From: Acidobacteriota bacterium | GTDB lineage: Bacteria > Zixibacteria > MSB-5A5 > GN15 > FEB-12 | Direction: 5' to 3' | DNA length: 64,000 nucleotides | Assembly: GCA_035529075.1 (NCBI GenBank) | Contig: DATKXK010000005.1 | Coordinates: 68,981 to 132,980 of the forward strand | Shown here: piece after piece, positions 27,712 to 36,686 of the stretch | How the letters are laid out: the number at the start of each line of letters is the position of its first letter | Numbering within the stretch: position 1 is the first letter of the stretch | The notes under the pieces: generated by a model | The model's database searches: none | Told to the model about the DNA's origin: nothing | The model's input: the letters and a program-made list of their open reading frames with translations, nothing else | Program-made: the position numbers and the translations under genes

Positions 27712-29030
27712 AAAAGGTAACGTGCTTTCGAGGGACTATTCTTCTGGTCACGGCGCTGGCCCTGTCCGGGTGCCAAGGTGGCGGCCGCCGGATCAGCGTC
27801 GGGCCGGACGGTTACGGAAAGGCACGGTTGCCGAACGGGCTTACCGTGCTGGTCAACCATGACGAGACGACGTCGCTGACAGCGGCACGGATTCTCATCG
27901 GCGGCGGGGTCCTGACCGAAACTTCCGATAACAACGGCATCACCAACCTGATGACGAAGATGCTGCTCAAGGGTAATGACAGTATGAGCGCCGCCGACAT
28001 AACCGAGCGGCTCGAGTTTCTCGGGGCCAGCGTGTCCGCCAGTTGCTTCAGAGATTACAGCGCCATCTCGTTTACCTCACTTACCGAGAATTTCGACGAG
28101 GTGCTGGGGATTATAGCCCGGTCGGTCGCATCGCCGACCTTTCCGGAGGAAGAGCTGGTCAAGCTGAAGAAGGAGATCGAGGGAGATATCAAAGCGTCCG
28201 ACGACAGCCAGGCGCAGGCATCAAGCAAGCTGTTCTGGAGGACCGCATACGGTGACCAGGGTTACGGCCTTCCCACCCTGGGAACCCTGGAGTCGATAAC
28301 CGGGATTACGGCTGGCGACATACGGCAGCACTACCGGAAGTACGTAGGAGCCGAGAACGTGGTCTTTTCCGTGGCCACCGACCTGCCGGTTGAACGGCTC
28401 GGTGCCCTCATTCGCGACCGGTTTGAGGGACTGAGAGCGGGGGCAGATCGAATACCTGCCCCGGAATTAACGCTCGGGGCCGAGCAAACCGGCTTTGTCC
28501 CGTTTGATCGTAACCAGTCGTACATCTTCATGGGCGTGGTCCTGGATCATCTCGAGCCGATCGAGCTGCCCTATGTCATCCTGCTCAACGAGATAATGGG
28601 CAACAACGTTGGGTCGCGGCTGTGGTACCTGCGGCAGAAGGAGAAGCTGGCCTATGCGGTTTACACGCAATACACCGCCGACAGATACGGCGCCGTTTTT
28701 CGTGCGGCCATCGGCACCGACACCGCCAAAGTGCAGCAGGCCCTTAGTTCACTGGACCGCGAGTGGTTGAAACTCGTGGCGGACGGGGTTACTCCGGAGG
28801 AGCTGGCCGACGCCAAGGTCAACATGAAAAACAACCTGATCTACTCCATCGATCGCAAAAGCGTCAGGGCGAACACAATGGCGTACTACGAGTATGTCGG
28901 GTACAACCATCGGTTCGTGCTTGACCTGATCGGGATGGCTGACGGCGTCGCTCTTGATGACCTCAACGGCTTCGTCGGAGAGAGATTCACCGATGACAAG
29001 CGATTTGTCTCCGTAGTCGGGAAAAGGTAG
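27708..29030 (+). CDS. M16 family peptidase-like partner subunit (no HxxEH)
   Basis: ATGA start/stop overlap with the previous gene. Lipobox LALSGC. M16 fold pattern (GxxNLMTKMLLKG) but the zinc motif is absent. Confidence 0.85.
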   Translation: MKKVTCFRGTILLVTALALSGCQGGGRRISVGPDGYGKARLPNGLTVLVNHDETTSLTAARILIGGGVLTETSDNNGITNLMTKMLLKGNDSMSAADITERLEFLGASVSASCFRDYSAISFTSLTENFDEVLGIIARSVASPTFPEEELVKLKKEIEGDIKASDDSQAQASSKLFWRTAYGDQGYGLPTLGTLESITGITAGDIRQHYRKYVGAENVVFSVATDLPVERLGALIRDRFEGLRAGADRIPAPELTLGAEQTGFVPFDRNQSYIFMGVVLDHLEPIELPYVILLNEIMGNNVGSRLWYLRQKEKLAYAVYTQYTADRYGAVFRAAIGTDTAKVQQALSSLDREWLKLVADGVTPEELADAKVNMKNNLIYSIDRKSVRANTMAYYEYVGYNHRFVLDLIGMADGVALDDLNGFVGERFTDDKRFVSVVGKR

Positions 29031-29051
29031 CCGGAGACAAGTGCCGTTTTA

Positions 29052-29105
29052 GGCAGCCCCGGTCGGTTCCCGGAACCGCCCGGGGCTGCCCCGGGGCTTT
29101 TTCTT
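29052..29105 (+). terminator. Intrinsic terminator after the M16 pair
   Basis: ggcagccccggtcggttcc-c-ggaaccgcccggggctgcc (19-bp arms, one mismatch), then ccggggcTTTTTcTTc. Confidence 0.6.
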
Positions 29106-29221
29106 CAAAACACACGAGCCTGCCCGTGTTCCACGGGCTATATTACCGGCGGAGTTCAAATAAGGCCGGTCTTGCCTGCGGTGGGCGGCTGGCCGTAGCC
29201 GGGACCGAGTGCCTGCACGGT

Positions 29222-30115
29222 ATGGCTTATCAGAAAGCGCTTCCGAATTACCTGAAGATTCTGGCCGGAGAAGTCGGGCCGAGGTTCAAATCCCTGGACC
29301 TCAGCGAACGCGTGACGGAAGCTTTCACGATTCTCAAGGATTGTGAGCTCTGCTCCCGACGGTGCCGGGTCGACCGCACGTCCGGCGAACTGGGGTACTG
29401 TGAGGCGGGCGACACTGCAGCCGTGTCGTCATGCTTTGATCACCTCGGGGAAGAGCCTTTCCTTGTCCCTTCGTTCACTATTTTCTTCAAATCCTGCACG
29501 TTTGCGTGCCTGTTCTGCCAGAATTGGGAGATATCGCAGGTCGGGCAAACCGGCGCGGATTACTATGTGACGGAGTCGGAACTGGCCGCGGCCATCGATG
29601 GGCACAGTTACTGCCGGAATGTGAACTTCGTCGGCGGCGAACCGACACCGTGGCTGCCATTCATTCTCAAGACTCTCCAGTACGTGAAGTCCGATATCCC
29701 GGTGGTGTGGAATTCCAATTTCTACATGTCCGGAAAATCCATGGAGTTGCTCCGGGGAGTTGTGGATGTCTACTTGTCTGATCTCAAGTACGGCAACGAC
29801 CGCTGCGCCGCGAGACTGTCCGATGTGCCGGACTACTCCAGGGTGGTGCGGGAGAACCACCTGAAGGCCGGGCAGGATGCGGAACTGGTTATCCGTCACC
29901 TCGTGCTGCCCGGCCATGTGGACTGCTGCACCAGGCCGGTGCTGCAGTTCATTGCCGAGAACATGGGTGATCGGGTCGTTGTGAACCTGATGGACCAGTA
30001 CCGGCCCTGTTACAAGGCTCACCAGGTTTCCGGTCTTGACCGGAGAATCACGGCCGAGGAGTTTGAAAGCTGCGTGGACCAAGCCACTCGCCTCGGCCTG
30101 AACTTCATAACGTAG
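29222..30115 (+). CDS. Radical SAM protein, PflX-like (pyruvate formate-lyase activase homologue family)
   Basis: CxxxCxxC in SCTFACLFCQNWEIS; upstream CELCSRRCRVDR..GYC; RHLVLPGH. ATG at 29222 (MAYQKALPNYL) is preferred over the GTG at 29126 used by the track. Confidence 0.85.
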   Translation: MAYQKALPNYLKILAGEVGPRFKSLDLSERVTEAFTILKDCELCSRRCRVDRTSGELGYCEAGDTAAVSSCFDHLGEEPFLVPSFTIFFKSCTFACLFCQNWEISQVGQTGADYYVTESELAAAIDGHSYCRNVNFVGGEPTPWLPFILKTLQYVKSDIPVVWNSNFYMSGKSMELLRGVVDVYLSDLKYGNDRCAARLSDVPDYSRVVRENHLKAGQDAELVIRHLVLPGHVDCCTRPVLQFIAENMGDRVVVNLMDQYRPCYKAHQVSGLDRRITAEEFESCVDQATRLGLNFIT

Positions 30116-30138
30116 AGTGTGGCCGTTGAGGCGGAGAT

Positions 30139-30297
30139 GTGATCTTGGGTGTCGCCGAGACAGAATGTCAGTGCTGCGGTAAAGCCGGTGGCCTGATATC
30201 TGAATCTCTGGGTGTCTGCGTGGACTGTATCCGGGCACACTATGATCGGGCCGGGCCGTACGTCCGGGAGGCTCACCCGCGATCCCGGCGGGATTAA
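30139..30297 (+). CDS. Possible 52-aa Cys-rich (zinc-ribbon-like) peptide or gene remnant
   Basis: GTG start with GAGGCGGAG upstream. Translation VILGVAETECQCCGKAGGLISESLGVCVDCIRAHYDRAGPYVREAHPRSRRD carries CxCC...CxxC. Too short for the ORF track and coding status is uncertain. Confidence 0.3.
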   Translation: MILGVAETECQCCGKAGGLISESLGVCVDCIRAHYDRAGPYVREAHPRSRRD

Positions 30298-30371
30298 AAG
30301 CCGGGAAGATAAAGGCCGCACACTGGTATTCCAGGTGCCGACGACACGCGACAGAAAAGGAGAGCGGAGCT

Positions 30372-30845
30372 ATGATCACGGCCAAAGCAGCTATGGTTTT
30401 AATCGTCATTCTGGTGGCCGGGTGCGCCGTGCCGGGCAGTGAAGGGGAAAAGGTCGATGCCCAGGGGGTAGCCGGAACCGTCTGGTTCCGGCCGGATTAT
30501 GACCACAGCGACGTGTGGCTCGTCAATAATCCACCCGACACCACCCCGCGTCCGTTGCCCGAGACCAGCGTCTACTTGCTGAAATATCCCGGTACCGGCC
30601 CGAGCCGGGATGATATCCTGGCCGTCACTCTTACCGACAGCCTGGGGCGTTACGAACTCAGGACCTCCCCGGGGACTTATTATCTGGCAGTGGAGGCTCC
30701 CGTTGTCAATGCGCCGGTTCTCCGGCTTCCTCAAACGGACACTCTCAGGCCGGGTTTGCGAATCAACGATCTCAGAATCGTTGAAATTCTCCCCGGTAGA
30801 ATTGCCGGGCAGAACTTTGAGATCGGCGAGATAGTCCCCCAGTAG
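30372..30845 (+). CDS. Small lipoprotein with carboxypeptidase-regulatory-like beta-sandwich pattern
   Basis: Lipobox ILVAGC; GRYELRTSPGTYYL motif; GGAG before the ATG. Confidence 0.6.
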   Translation: MITAKAAMVLIVILVAGCAVPGSEGEKVDAQGVAGTVWFRPDYDHSDVWLVNNPPDTTPRPLPETSVYLLKYPGTGPSRDDILAVTLTDSLGRYELRTSPGTYYLAVEAPVVNAPVLRLPQTDTLRPGLRINDLRIVEILPGRIAGQNFEIGEIVPQ

Positions 30846-30955
30846 ACGGCGGCTCAGCCTGTTCCAACGGAACCAGTCCGGAATCTTATTGCGAACGACG
30901 GCCGCTCACCGCTATTATCCGAAAAACGGTTACATGAAGTTCAGGTGGTAATCCC

Positions 30956-32128
30956 ATGAGGAAGTTCGCACAGAACATTACCTGGCTGTTGCTGCCGTTG
31001 TTTGCAGCCTCAGCCGGCTCCGTGTGTCATGCTCGCGACGGCGCTGGATTGGTTCACGCCGCCGCCGGGCCTGTCAGTTCCCCTGACTATTCGAGATCGG
31101 CAGATTCGCTCAATGACGGCCCCCATGTGTTCTGGCAGTCGGATACGTCGGCGATCGTGTTTTACCTCTGCAACGACGAGGTCACGCGCCAAACGTACCG
31201 GGTTTCCGATACGCTGCGGTTCTTCGGGTTCTGTCGGGATACCGCCGTTCAGTACGTGATACCTGCGGCGCCGGCCGTTCCCGGGCCGCACGTTTTTACC
31301 GGGGTTCCCAAGATCTTCGCCGTCTCCGACATAGAGGGTGATTACGAACACCTTGTTGACATCTTCACAAAGGGCGGCGTGATCGATGACAGTGGCCGCT
31401 GGGCCTGGGGACGCGGGCATCTCGTCGTGCTTGGTGACGTCTTTGACCGGGGTGACTACGTTACCGAGTGCCTCTGGCTGATTCGCAGGCTCGAAACGGA
31501 GGCCGGGCAGAGCGGCGGCGCCGTTCACTTCGTACTGGGCAATCACGAGTTGATGATCCTGCGGGGCGACGAGAGGTACGTTCGTGATAAGTACCTTGAC
31601 GGGATTGTCCGGGCCACGAGGATCAAACACGAGGACCTTTACGGTCCGGACATGGAACTGGGAAGGTGGCTGCGCTCGAAGCACTCTGCCGTTAAAATCA
31701 ACGACGTCGTTTTTGTCCACGGCGGGATTTCTCCGGCCGTGATCGAGCGTGGACTCAGCCTGGCTGATATCAACGAAACGGTTCGCTCCGGCCTTGACCT
31801 GCGCTCGTCGCAGGTGGCGTTCAATGATGCCGTCGGGTTCCTCTTCGGAGGCGAGGGTCCCCTGTGGTATCGCGGTTACCACTATGAGATGGAAGACTCA
31901 TATCCAATGGCCTCCGAAAGCCAGATCGACAGCCTGTTGAGCTATTACGGCGCCCGGGCCGTGGTGGTCGGCCATACGCACGTCGACCAGGTGTCGGGGC
32001 TTCGTGGAAATCGGGTCATGGCGATTGACATTCCGGTCGATGAGTTAGGCACGTTGCAGGCGCTGCTGTGGGAAGGGGACCGGTTCTTTCGCGTAACCGG
32101 GACGGGAGAATTGCAGCCGCTGGACTGA
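30956..32128 (+). CDS. PPP-family-like metallophosphoesterase, exported
   Basis: Signal peptide. Motifs VSDIEGDYEHL, LGDVFDRGD (GDxxDRG), GNHE, VHGG, GHTH. Confidence 0.85.
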   Translation: MRKFAQNITWLLLPLFAASAGSVCHARDGAGLVHAAAGPVSSPDYSRSADSLNDGPHVFWQSDTSAIVFYLCNDEVTRQTYRVSDTLRFFGFCRDTAVQYVIPAAPAVPGPHVFTGVPKIFAVSDIEGDYEHLVDIFTKGGVIDDSGRWAWGRGHLVVLGDVFDRGDYVTECLWLIRRLETEAGQSGGAVHFVLGNHELMILRGDERYVRDKYLDGIVRATRIKHEDLYGPDMELGRWLRSKHSAVKINDVVFVHGGISPAVIERGLSLADINETVRSGLDLRSSQVAFNDAVGFLFGGEGPLWYRGYHYEMEDSYPMASESQIDSLLSYYGARAVVVGHTHVDQVSGLRGNRVMAIDIPVDELGTLQALLWEGDRFFRVTGTGELQPLD

Positions 32129-32169
32129 GTGACGGGCCGGTCCGTTCAGTAGACGGCGTGGGAGGTTCT

Positions 32170-33351
32170 ATGTTGCAGTGTGATCCTGCTCTTCTTGTCT
32201 GGCTGTCTTCGTCAATCCTTCTTCTGGCCGCCGCGGGTTCATCTTCGGGCAGCGCCCGGCGGCGCAAACGGGCGCGGGATCTCGGCATTGAAGTGGGAGA
32301 GCTGACACCAGGTGCGGCGAACGCAATTACCGACGTTCCGGGCGTCAGGGTCGGCCACAAGACGGTTGTCAGCGGGGCCGCTATCCGCACCGGCGTTACC
32401 GCCGTTCTGCCGCATGACGGTAACCTGTATCAGGAAAAGGTCCCCGCCGCCGTCTGCGTGGGCAACGGTTTCGGCAAGCTGGCCGGGTACACCCAGGTCG
32501 AGGAGCTGGGGAATATCGAAACGCCCATCCTGCTTACCAATACTATGAGCGTCGGCACCGTCGTTACCGCCGTGGTCAACTACACTCTCAGCCGGCCGGG
32601 CAACGAGGAGATCAGAAGTGTGAACGCCGTGGTGGGCGAGACAAACGACGTGTATCTCAATGACATTCGTTCGGCGCGTGTCACGGAGAGGGACGTCGTC
32701 GACGCCATCGAGGCTGCTCAGCCGGGTCCGGTCGGGGAAGGCAGTATCGGGGCCGGGACAGGCACCACGGCTTTCGGTTTCAAGAGCGGTATTGGGACCG
32801 CGTCAAGGCTCGTACCGGCGGCAGAGGGACGCCGCTACGTGCTGGGGGTACTTGCCCAGACAAACTTCGGCGGCCGGCTTGAGATCAACGGGGTACCGGT
32901 CGGACGTGAACTTGGTCGTCCCGGGCTGAGCGGCGATGCGGAGAAGGGGATCGACGGCTCCTGCATGCTGGTGGTTGCCACTGATGCGCCGCTGTGCAGC
33001 AGAAACCTCAAACGGATAGCCCGGCGGGCTTTCTGCGGCCTGGCCCGAACCGGATCGTACCTGGGCAACGGTTCCGGTGATTACGCCGTCTGCTTCTCCA
33101 CGGCATATCGAATACCGAACAACACCAGGCAGCCGTATGCCCTGCCGCCGTTGCTTCCGAACGACGCCATGACGCCTTTCTTTCAGGCGGTCATAGAGGC
33201 AACCGAGGAATCGGTGTATAATTCCCTGTTTGCGGCAACCGCCGTAAAGGGATTCAAAGGGCGGGTAAGCGAACCCTTGCCCGTCGACGAAGTAGTGCGG
33301 ATTTGCAGAAAATACCGTCGGCTCGGCTCGCCGGACGGGTCGTCCGAATAG
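32170..33351 (+). CDS. P1/S58 family peptidase (DmpA / L-aminopeptidase-like)
   Basis: ITDVPGVRVGH, TGVTAVLP, NAVVGETND, GAGTGT, GIGTASR, TNFGG. ATG at 32170 has GGAGG upstream, so the track's extension to 32068 overlaps the previous gene and is rejected. Confidence 0.88.
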   Translation: MLQCDPALLVWLSSSILLLAAAGSSSGSARRRKRARDLGIEVGELTPGAANAITDVPGVRVGHKTVVSGAAIRTGVTAVLPHDGNLYQEKVPAAVCVGNGFGKLAGYTQVEELGNIETPILLTNTMSVGTVVTAVVNYTLSRPGNEEIRSVNAVVGETNDVYLNDIRSARVTERDVVDAIEAAQPGPVGEGSIGAGTGTTAFGFKSGIGTASRLVPAAEGRRYVLGVLAQTNFGGRLEINGVPVGRELGRPGLSGDAEKGIDGSCMLVVATDAPLCSRNLKRIARRAFCGLARTGSYLGNGSGDYAVCFSTAYRIPNNTRQPYALPPLLPNDAMTPFFQAVIEATEESVYNSLFAATAVKGFKGRVSEPLPVDEVVRICRKYRRLGSPDGSSE

Positions 33352-33394
33352 CTGCCGCGGGGCGGCGTGCGGACCGCGGACTCACCGTTATTCG

Positions 33395-34789
33395 CTACAG
33401 GGGATGTTCCGGATGCGTGTCCGGCGGGTCCGAGTGCGCCACCCGCATCGGTTGCAATCGCCCGTAGGTGAGCGACCGCCAGAGCCATTCGGCGGGGCCG
33501 AAGCGGAACCGTTTCAGCCAGATCGGACTCAGCCAGAGTTGCACCAGCCACACGCCCAGGACGAACGCCCACAGGCCGAAACGGTCGATCCTTCCGAACA
33601 ACCCAAGACCGTACCCGTAGAAGATGGTCGTGCAGATAAGGGTTTGTGCCAGGTAGTTGGTCAGGGCCGTCCGGCCGACCGCCGCCAGGCGCCAGGTCAG
33701 ACCTTCAAGAAAACCGAACTGGCAGACCAGCATTATGACCCCCGTGTGCCCGAGAGCCACCAGAACGCTCCCGGTATAGCTGTAGTGATTGCCGCTCGTG
33801 AGTCGGTAGACAATGTCGAAACCGTGCGCGATGAGTGAGCCCGCACCGTAGCCGGACAGCGGCAGCCCGATTCCGTAACCCGTGATGATCATCAGCAGGT
33901 AGTACCGCGGCGACCGCATGCCGGACAGCACGCCCAGCTTCATCAGTCCCATTCCCAGCAGCATCAGGCCGGCCGTTCGCCAAAAAACCATGAAGACAAA
34001 TCCCTGCGTCTGCATCATTAGCGTATGCGGTATGCGCCAGGCAAGCACCTGTGAGTAGCTGCCTCGGCGTGCGGCTGTCTCTTCGGCGAGCACGGCTGCC
34101 GGGGGCTCGAACATTGAGCGCATTTGCTCCCAGGCGTTCATCACCGCCCGTTGCTGGGCCGACAGGTCCTCGCCGCGTGCCTGCGCCTCCTGCGCCGCCA
34201 CCGCGTTTTCTCGCAGCATTCCGTTGATCGTGCCCGCTCCCGTCCGGATCAGCATACCCAGGACCAGCAGAATGACTCCGAGTATGATCAGGAGCCGGGC
34301 CGACCGCCGCCGCAACGGATACAGCAGAAGGCCGCACAGCGCGTACGAGAAGAGGACGTCGCCGAACCAGAGCAGGTAGGCGTGGGCCAGGCCGATCAGC
34401 AGGAGCCACAGGATTCGGCGGTAGTAGATCCCGCACAGGGGTCTTCCCGACGCCTCGGCCCGACCGGACATGAGTATCAGGCCGCCTCCGAACAGCATGG
34501 AGAAGATGGCCATCATCTTTTCCAGGAAGAAGATCGTATCAACCTTCCAGGCGAACAGGTTAAGGCCGGTGAAGCCGCCCGCAACGGTGGGGTTGAATAT
34601 GACGGAATTCGGTAAGGCGAACAGTTCGATGTTGATGACCAGGATGCCGAGCAGGGCGACTCCGCGAAGGACGTCGATCGCCGCGATACGCTCCGACGAC
34701 GAGACGGGTCCGAGGCGGCTCATCCTCTCAGGCTCGACGGCGGGCCTGTCGTCTTCATGTCCCGTGCCAACCGGGCCAGCATCCGGCAT
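33395..34789 (-). CDS. DUF418 (YeiB-like) membrane protein
   Basis: RIAAIDVLRGVALLGILVINI, FSMLFGGG, GRTALTNYLAQTLI, FGPAEWLWRSLTYG. TAATG stop/start overlap with the upstream gene. Confidence 0.88.
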   Translation of the reverse strand: MPDAGPVGTGHEDDRPAVEPERMSRLGPVSSSERIAAIDVLRGVALLGILVINIELFALPNSVIFNPTVAGGFTGLNLFAWKVDTIFFLEKMMAIFSMLFGGGLILMSGRAEASGRPLCGIYYRRILWLLLIGLAHAYLLWFGDVLFSYALCGLLLYPLRRRSARLLIILGVILLVLGMLIRTGAGTINGMLRENAVAAQEAQARGEDLSAQQRAVMNAWEQMRSMFEPPAAVLAEETAARRGSYSQVLAWRIPHTLMMQTQGFVFMVFWRTAGLMLLGMGLMKLGVLSGMRSPRYYLLMIITGYGIGLPLSGYGAGSLIAHGFDIVYRLTSGNHYSYTGSVLVALGHTGVIMLVCQFGFLEGLTWRLAAVGRTALTNYLAQTLICTTIFYGYGLGLFGRIDRFGLWAFVLGVWLVQLWLSPIWLKRFRFGPAEWLWRSLTYGRLQPMRVAHSDPPDTHPEHPL

Positions 34790-36204
34790 TATTGGATCCC
34801 CGCGGTCGGCTCGCCAACCGTATCTACGGATGACTGCCCTGGTTCGAACTGATCGATGAGTTCGAAGTTGACGTCGTACACTTTGACAATCAATCTTTCA
34901 CCGATCATCGATAATTTACAGAAATGGTATTTACTGACAAAAAGCTGGCTGCAGGGGTGTTGCCTGGCCTGTCCGCGAAGCGGCGCGCCCCCTCCGCCCG
35001 TCACAATGTAGTACCTTCCGCCGCAGAACGAGCGCTCGTAATCGTGATCGTGACCGGTGAACGCGATATCCACCCCGTACCGCTCAAACAACGGGACCAG
35101 TGTCTGGCGCAGCCCCAGCTCGTCCTCGACGTGCGTGCCGGTGCTGTATGGGGGATAGTGAAACACCGTGATGATGAACCTGATCGAGTCGGGAACGCCG
35201 GCCAGGTCGGCCTCGAGCCAGCGGTACTGCGGCGACGCCGCGTCGATGGCGACGCACGAGTTGAGAACGATGAAGTGAGTGTTGTTTCTCTCCACCGAGT
35301 ACCATTGCTCGTTGTTCGGGAGGTCGAAGTTGTCGAAGTACAGTGGTGCCTGGTGCTCGTGATTTCCGAGTGCGGGGTAAAACTTGGCGACCGACACGAG
35401 ATCGGACACGATACTGTTGAAGGTCACCCATTCAGCAGCGGAATTGCCGTCGTCGACCAGATCGCCGACGTGGAACACCGTGCTCGGATTAAGCGGCAGC
35501 ATCAGGTTCACGATTTGCCGGTGTACGTCATCATTGGTCCGTGTGTCACCATATACGATTATACAGCGGACAAGTTTCACCGCTACGGTAAGCGAATCGG
35601 CCAGTGACCCGTCGCTCGCGATGACCACAAAACTCGTGTCCGTCGACCCGTCGAGAGGGGTGCCGAAAATACTGTCCGCGTCGGCGGCCAGCCAGGTCGG
35701 ATAGTCCACAAATGATATCGTGATAACCGAGTCATCCGAATCAAATGCTACGCCCTGGTATCGGAAGTAGACTCCTCCGGCGGCCTCAACTGCGCCGGGC
35801 GAAAGGATTCGGGGTCGCCCCCCGGCCGCGATTACCGTCAGCGTCACGACAAGCGTGTCGGTGGCTGCGCCGTCGGAGACGATGACCACAAAACAGGTGT
35901 CAGTGGCGGTCTCACCGGGCGTGCCGCAGAGGCTGTCGGAGTCGGCGCTCAGCCATGACGGGTAGTTCTCGTACGTGATGATTGCGTCCGGGCCGTCGGG
36001 ATCGGTAAATGCCGGCTCAAAACAGAACCTTTCGCTAACCACAGCAAGGACGAAGTCACCGGAAGTGATATGCGGCGGCGCATTGGTCGGCTCCATGGGA
36101 GTATCGGAGCAGGACACGGTCACGATCAGGAGAAAGGCGGTCAGGTACGGAAAGAAGCCCCTGCCGTCGTAGCGGGGTTCGATGGGTTCTTGTCGCTCGG
36201 CCAT
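34789..36204 (-). CDS. Purple-acid-phosphatase-like metallophosphoesterase with two N-terminal Ig-like domains
   Basis: YGDTRTN, GDLVDDG, GNHE, FHYPPYS, GHDHDYER. The unit ...YENYPSWLSADSDSLCGTP / ...FVDYPTWLAADADSIFGTP is duplicated. Confidence 0.85.
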   Translation of the reverse strand: MAERQEPIEPRYDGRGFFPYLTAFLLIVTVSCSDTPMEPTNAPPHITSGDFVLAVVSERFCFEPAFTDPDGPDAIITYENYPSWLSADSDSLCGTPGETATDTCFVVIVSDGAATDTLVVTLTVIAAGGRPRILSPGAVEAAGGVYFRYQGVAFDSDDSVITISFVDYPTWLAADADSIFGTPLDGSTDTSFVVIASDGSLADSLTVAVKLVRCIIVYGDTRTNDDVHRQIVNLMLPLNPSTVFHVGDLVDDGNSAAEWVTFNSIVSDLVSVAKFYPALGNHEHQAPLYFDNFDLPNNEQWYSVERNNTHFIVLNSCVAIDAASPQYRWLEADLAGVPDSIRFIITVFHYPPYSTGTHVEDELGLRQTLVPLFERYGVDIAFTGHDHDYERSFCGGRYYIVTGGGGAPLRGQARQHPCSQLFVSKYHFCKLSMIGERLIVKVYDVNFELIDQFEPGQSSVDTVGEPTAGIQ

Positions 36205-36431
36205 GCCTGTTCTCGCGGGTCATAATTCGCGGACCGGGTGACGTGCCTTCCCGGTCATCCCTACATTGTAGTATAGCCTGATCGTACCGTTTTATCAAGC
36301 TGTCCGCGGCCCGTCCGGTGGCGGGGCGATCGGCAGCGGAAGGCACGCTGCGACCGATAAGCAATCGCCCCCGCCGCACGTGCGACGGGAGCGATCATAA
36401 TCCCCCCGGTACAGGTGCCGCTGAGTCGGTT

Positions 36432-36686
36432 TTACTTCAGCAGCACCATCTTCTTCGTCTGGACAAAATCTCCCGCCTCGAGCCGGTAAAGGTAGACGCC
36501 GCTGGCGACATGGCTCGCGTCCCACGCAACGGTGTGAACGCCCGCCTCGAGCCGTCCGTCGACAAGGGTCGCTACCTGCTGCCCGAGCGTGTTGTAGACC
36601 CGTAACCTGACCTCGCTCGCAACGGGAAGGCCGAACGAAACGTTGGTGGTCGGGTTGAACGGGTTGGGGTGGTTCTGTTCCAGCGC
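36432..36686 (-). other. T9SS-type (Por secretion) C-terminal sorting domain of the metalloprotease
   Basis: 84-aa tail ALEQNHPNPFNPTTNVSFGLP...VYNTLGQQVATLVDG...ASGVYLYRLEAGDFVQTKKMVLLK matches the canonical type A CTD pattern. Confidence 0.8.

Noticed and set aside
26419-30115. PQQ-like biosynthesis idea (M16 PqqF/G-like peptidases next to a radical SAM enzyme)
   Set aside because: The radical SAM protein is PflX-like and lacks a SPASM-type C-terminal Cys cluster. No pqqA/B/C/D-like genes are present, and a strong terminator separates the peptidases from it.
33352-33394. CCGCGG...CCGCGG hairpin between the convergent DmpA-like and YeiB-like genes as a bidirectional terminator
   Set aside because: The stem is only 6 bp with a 13-nt loop and there is no flanking T/A tract on either strand.
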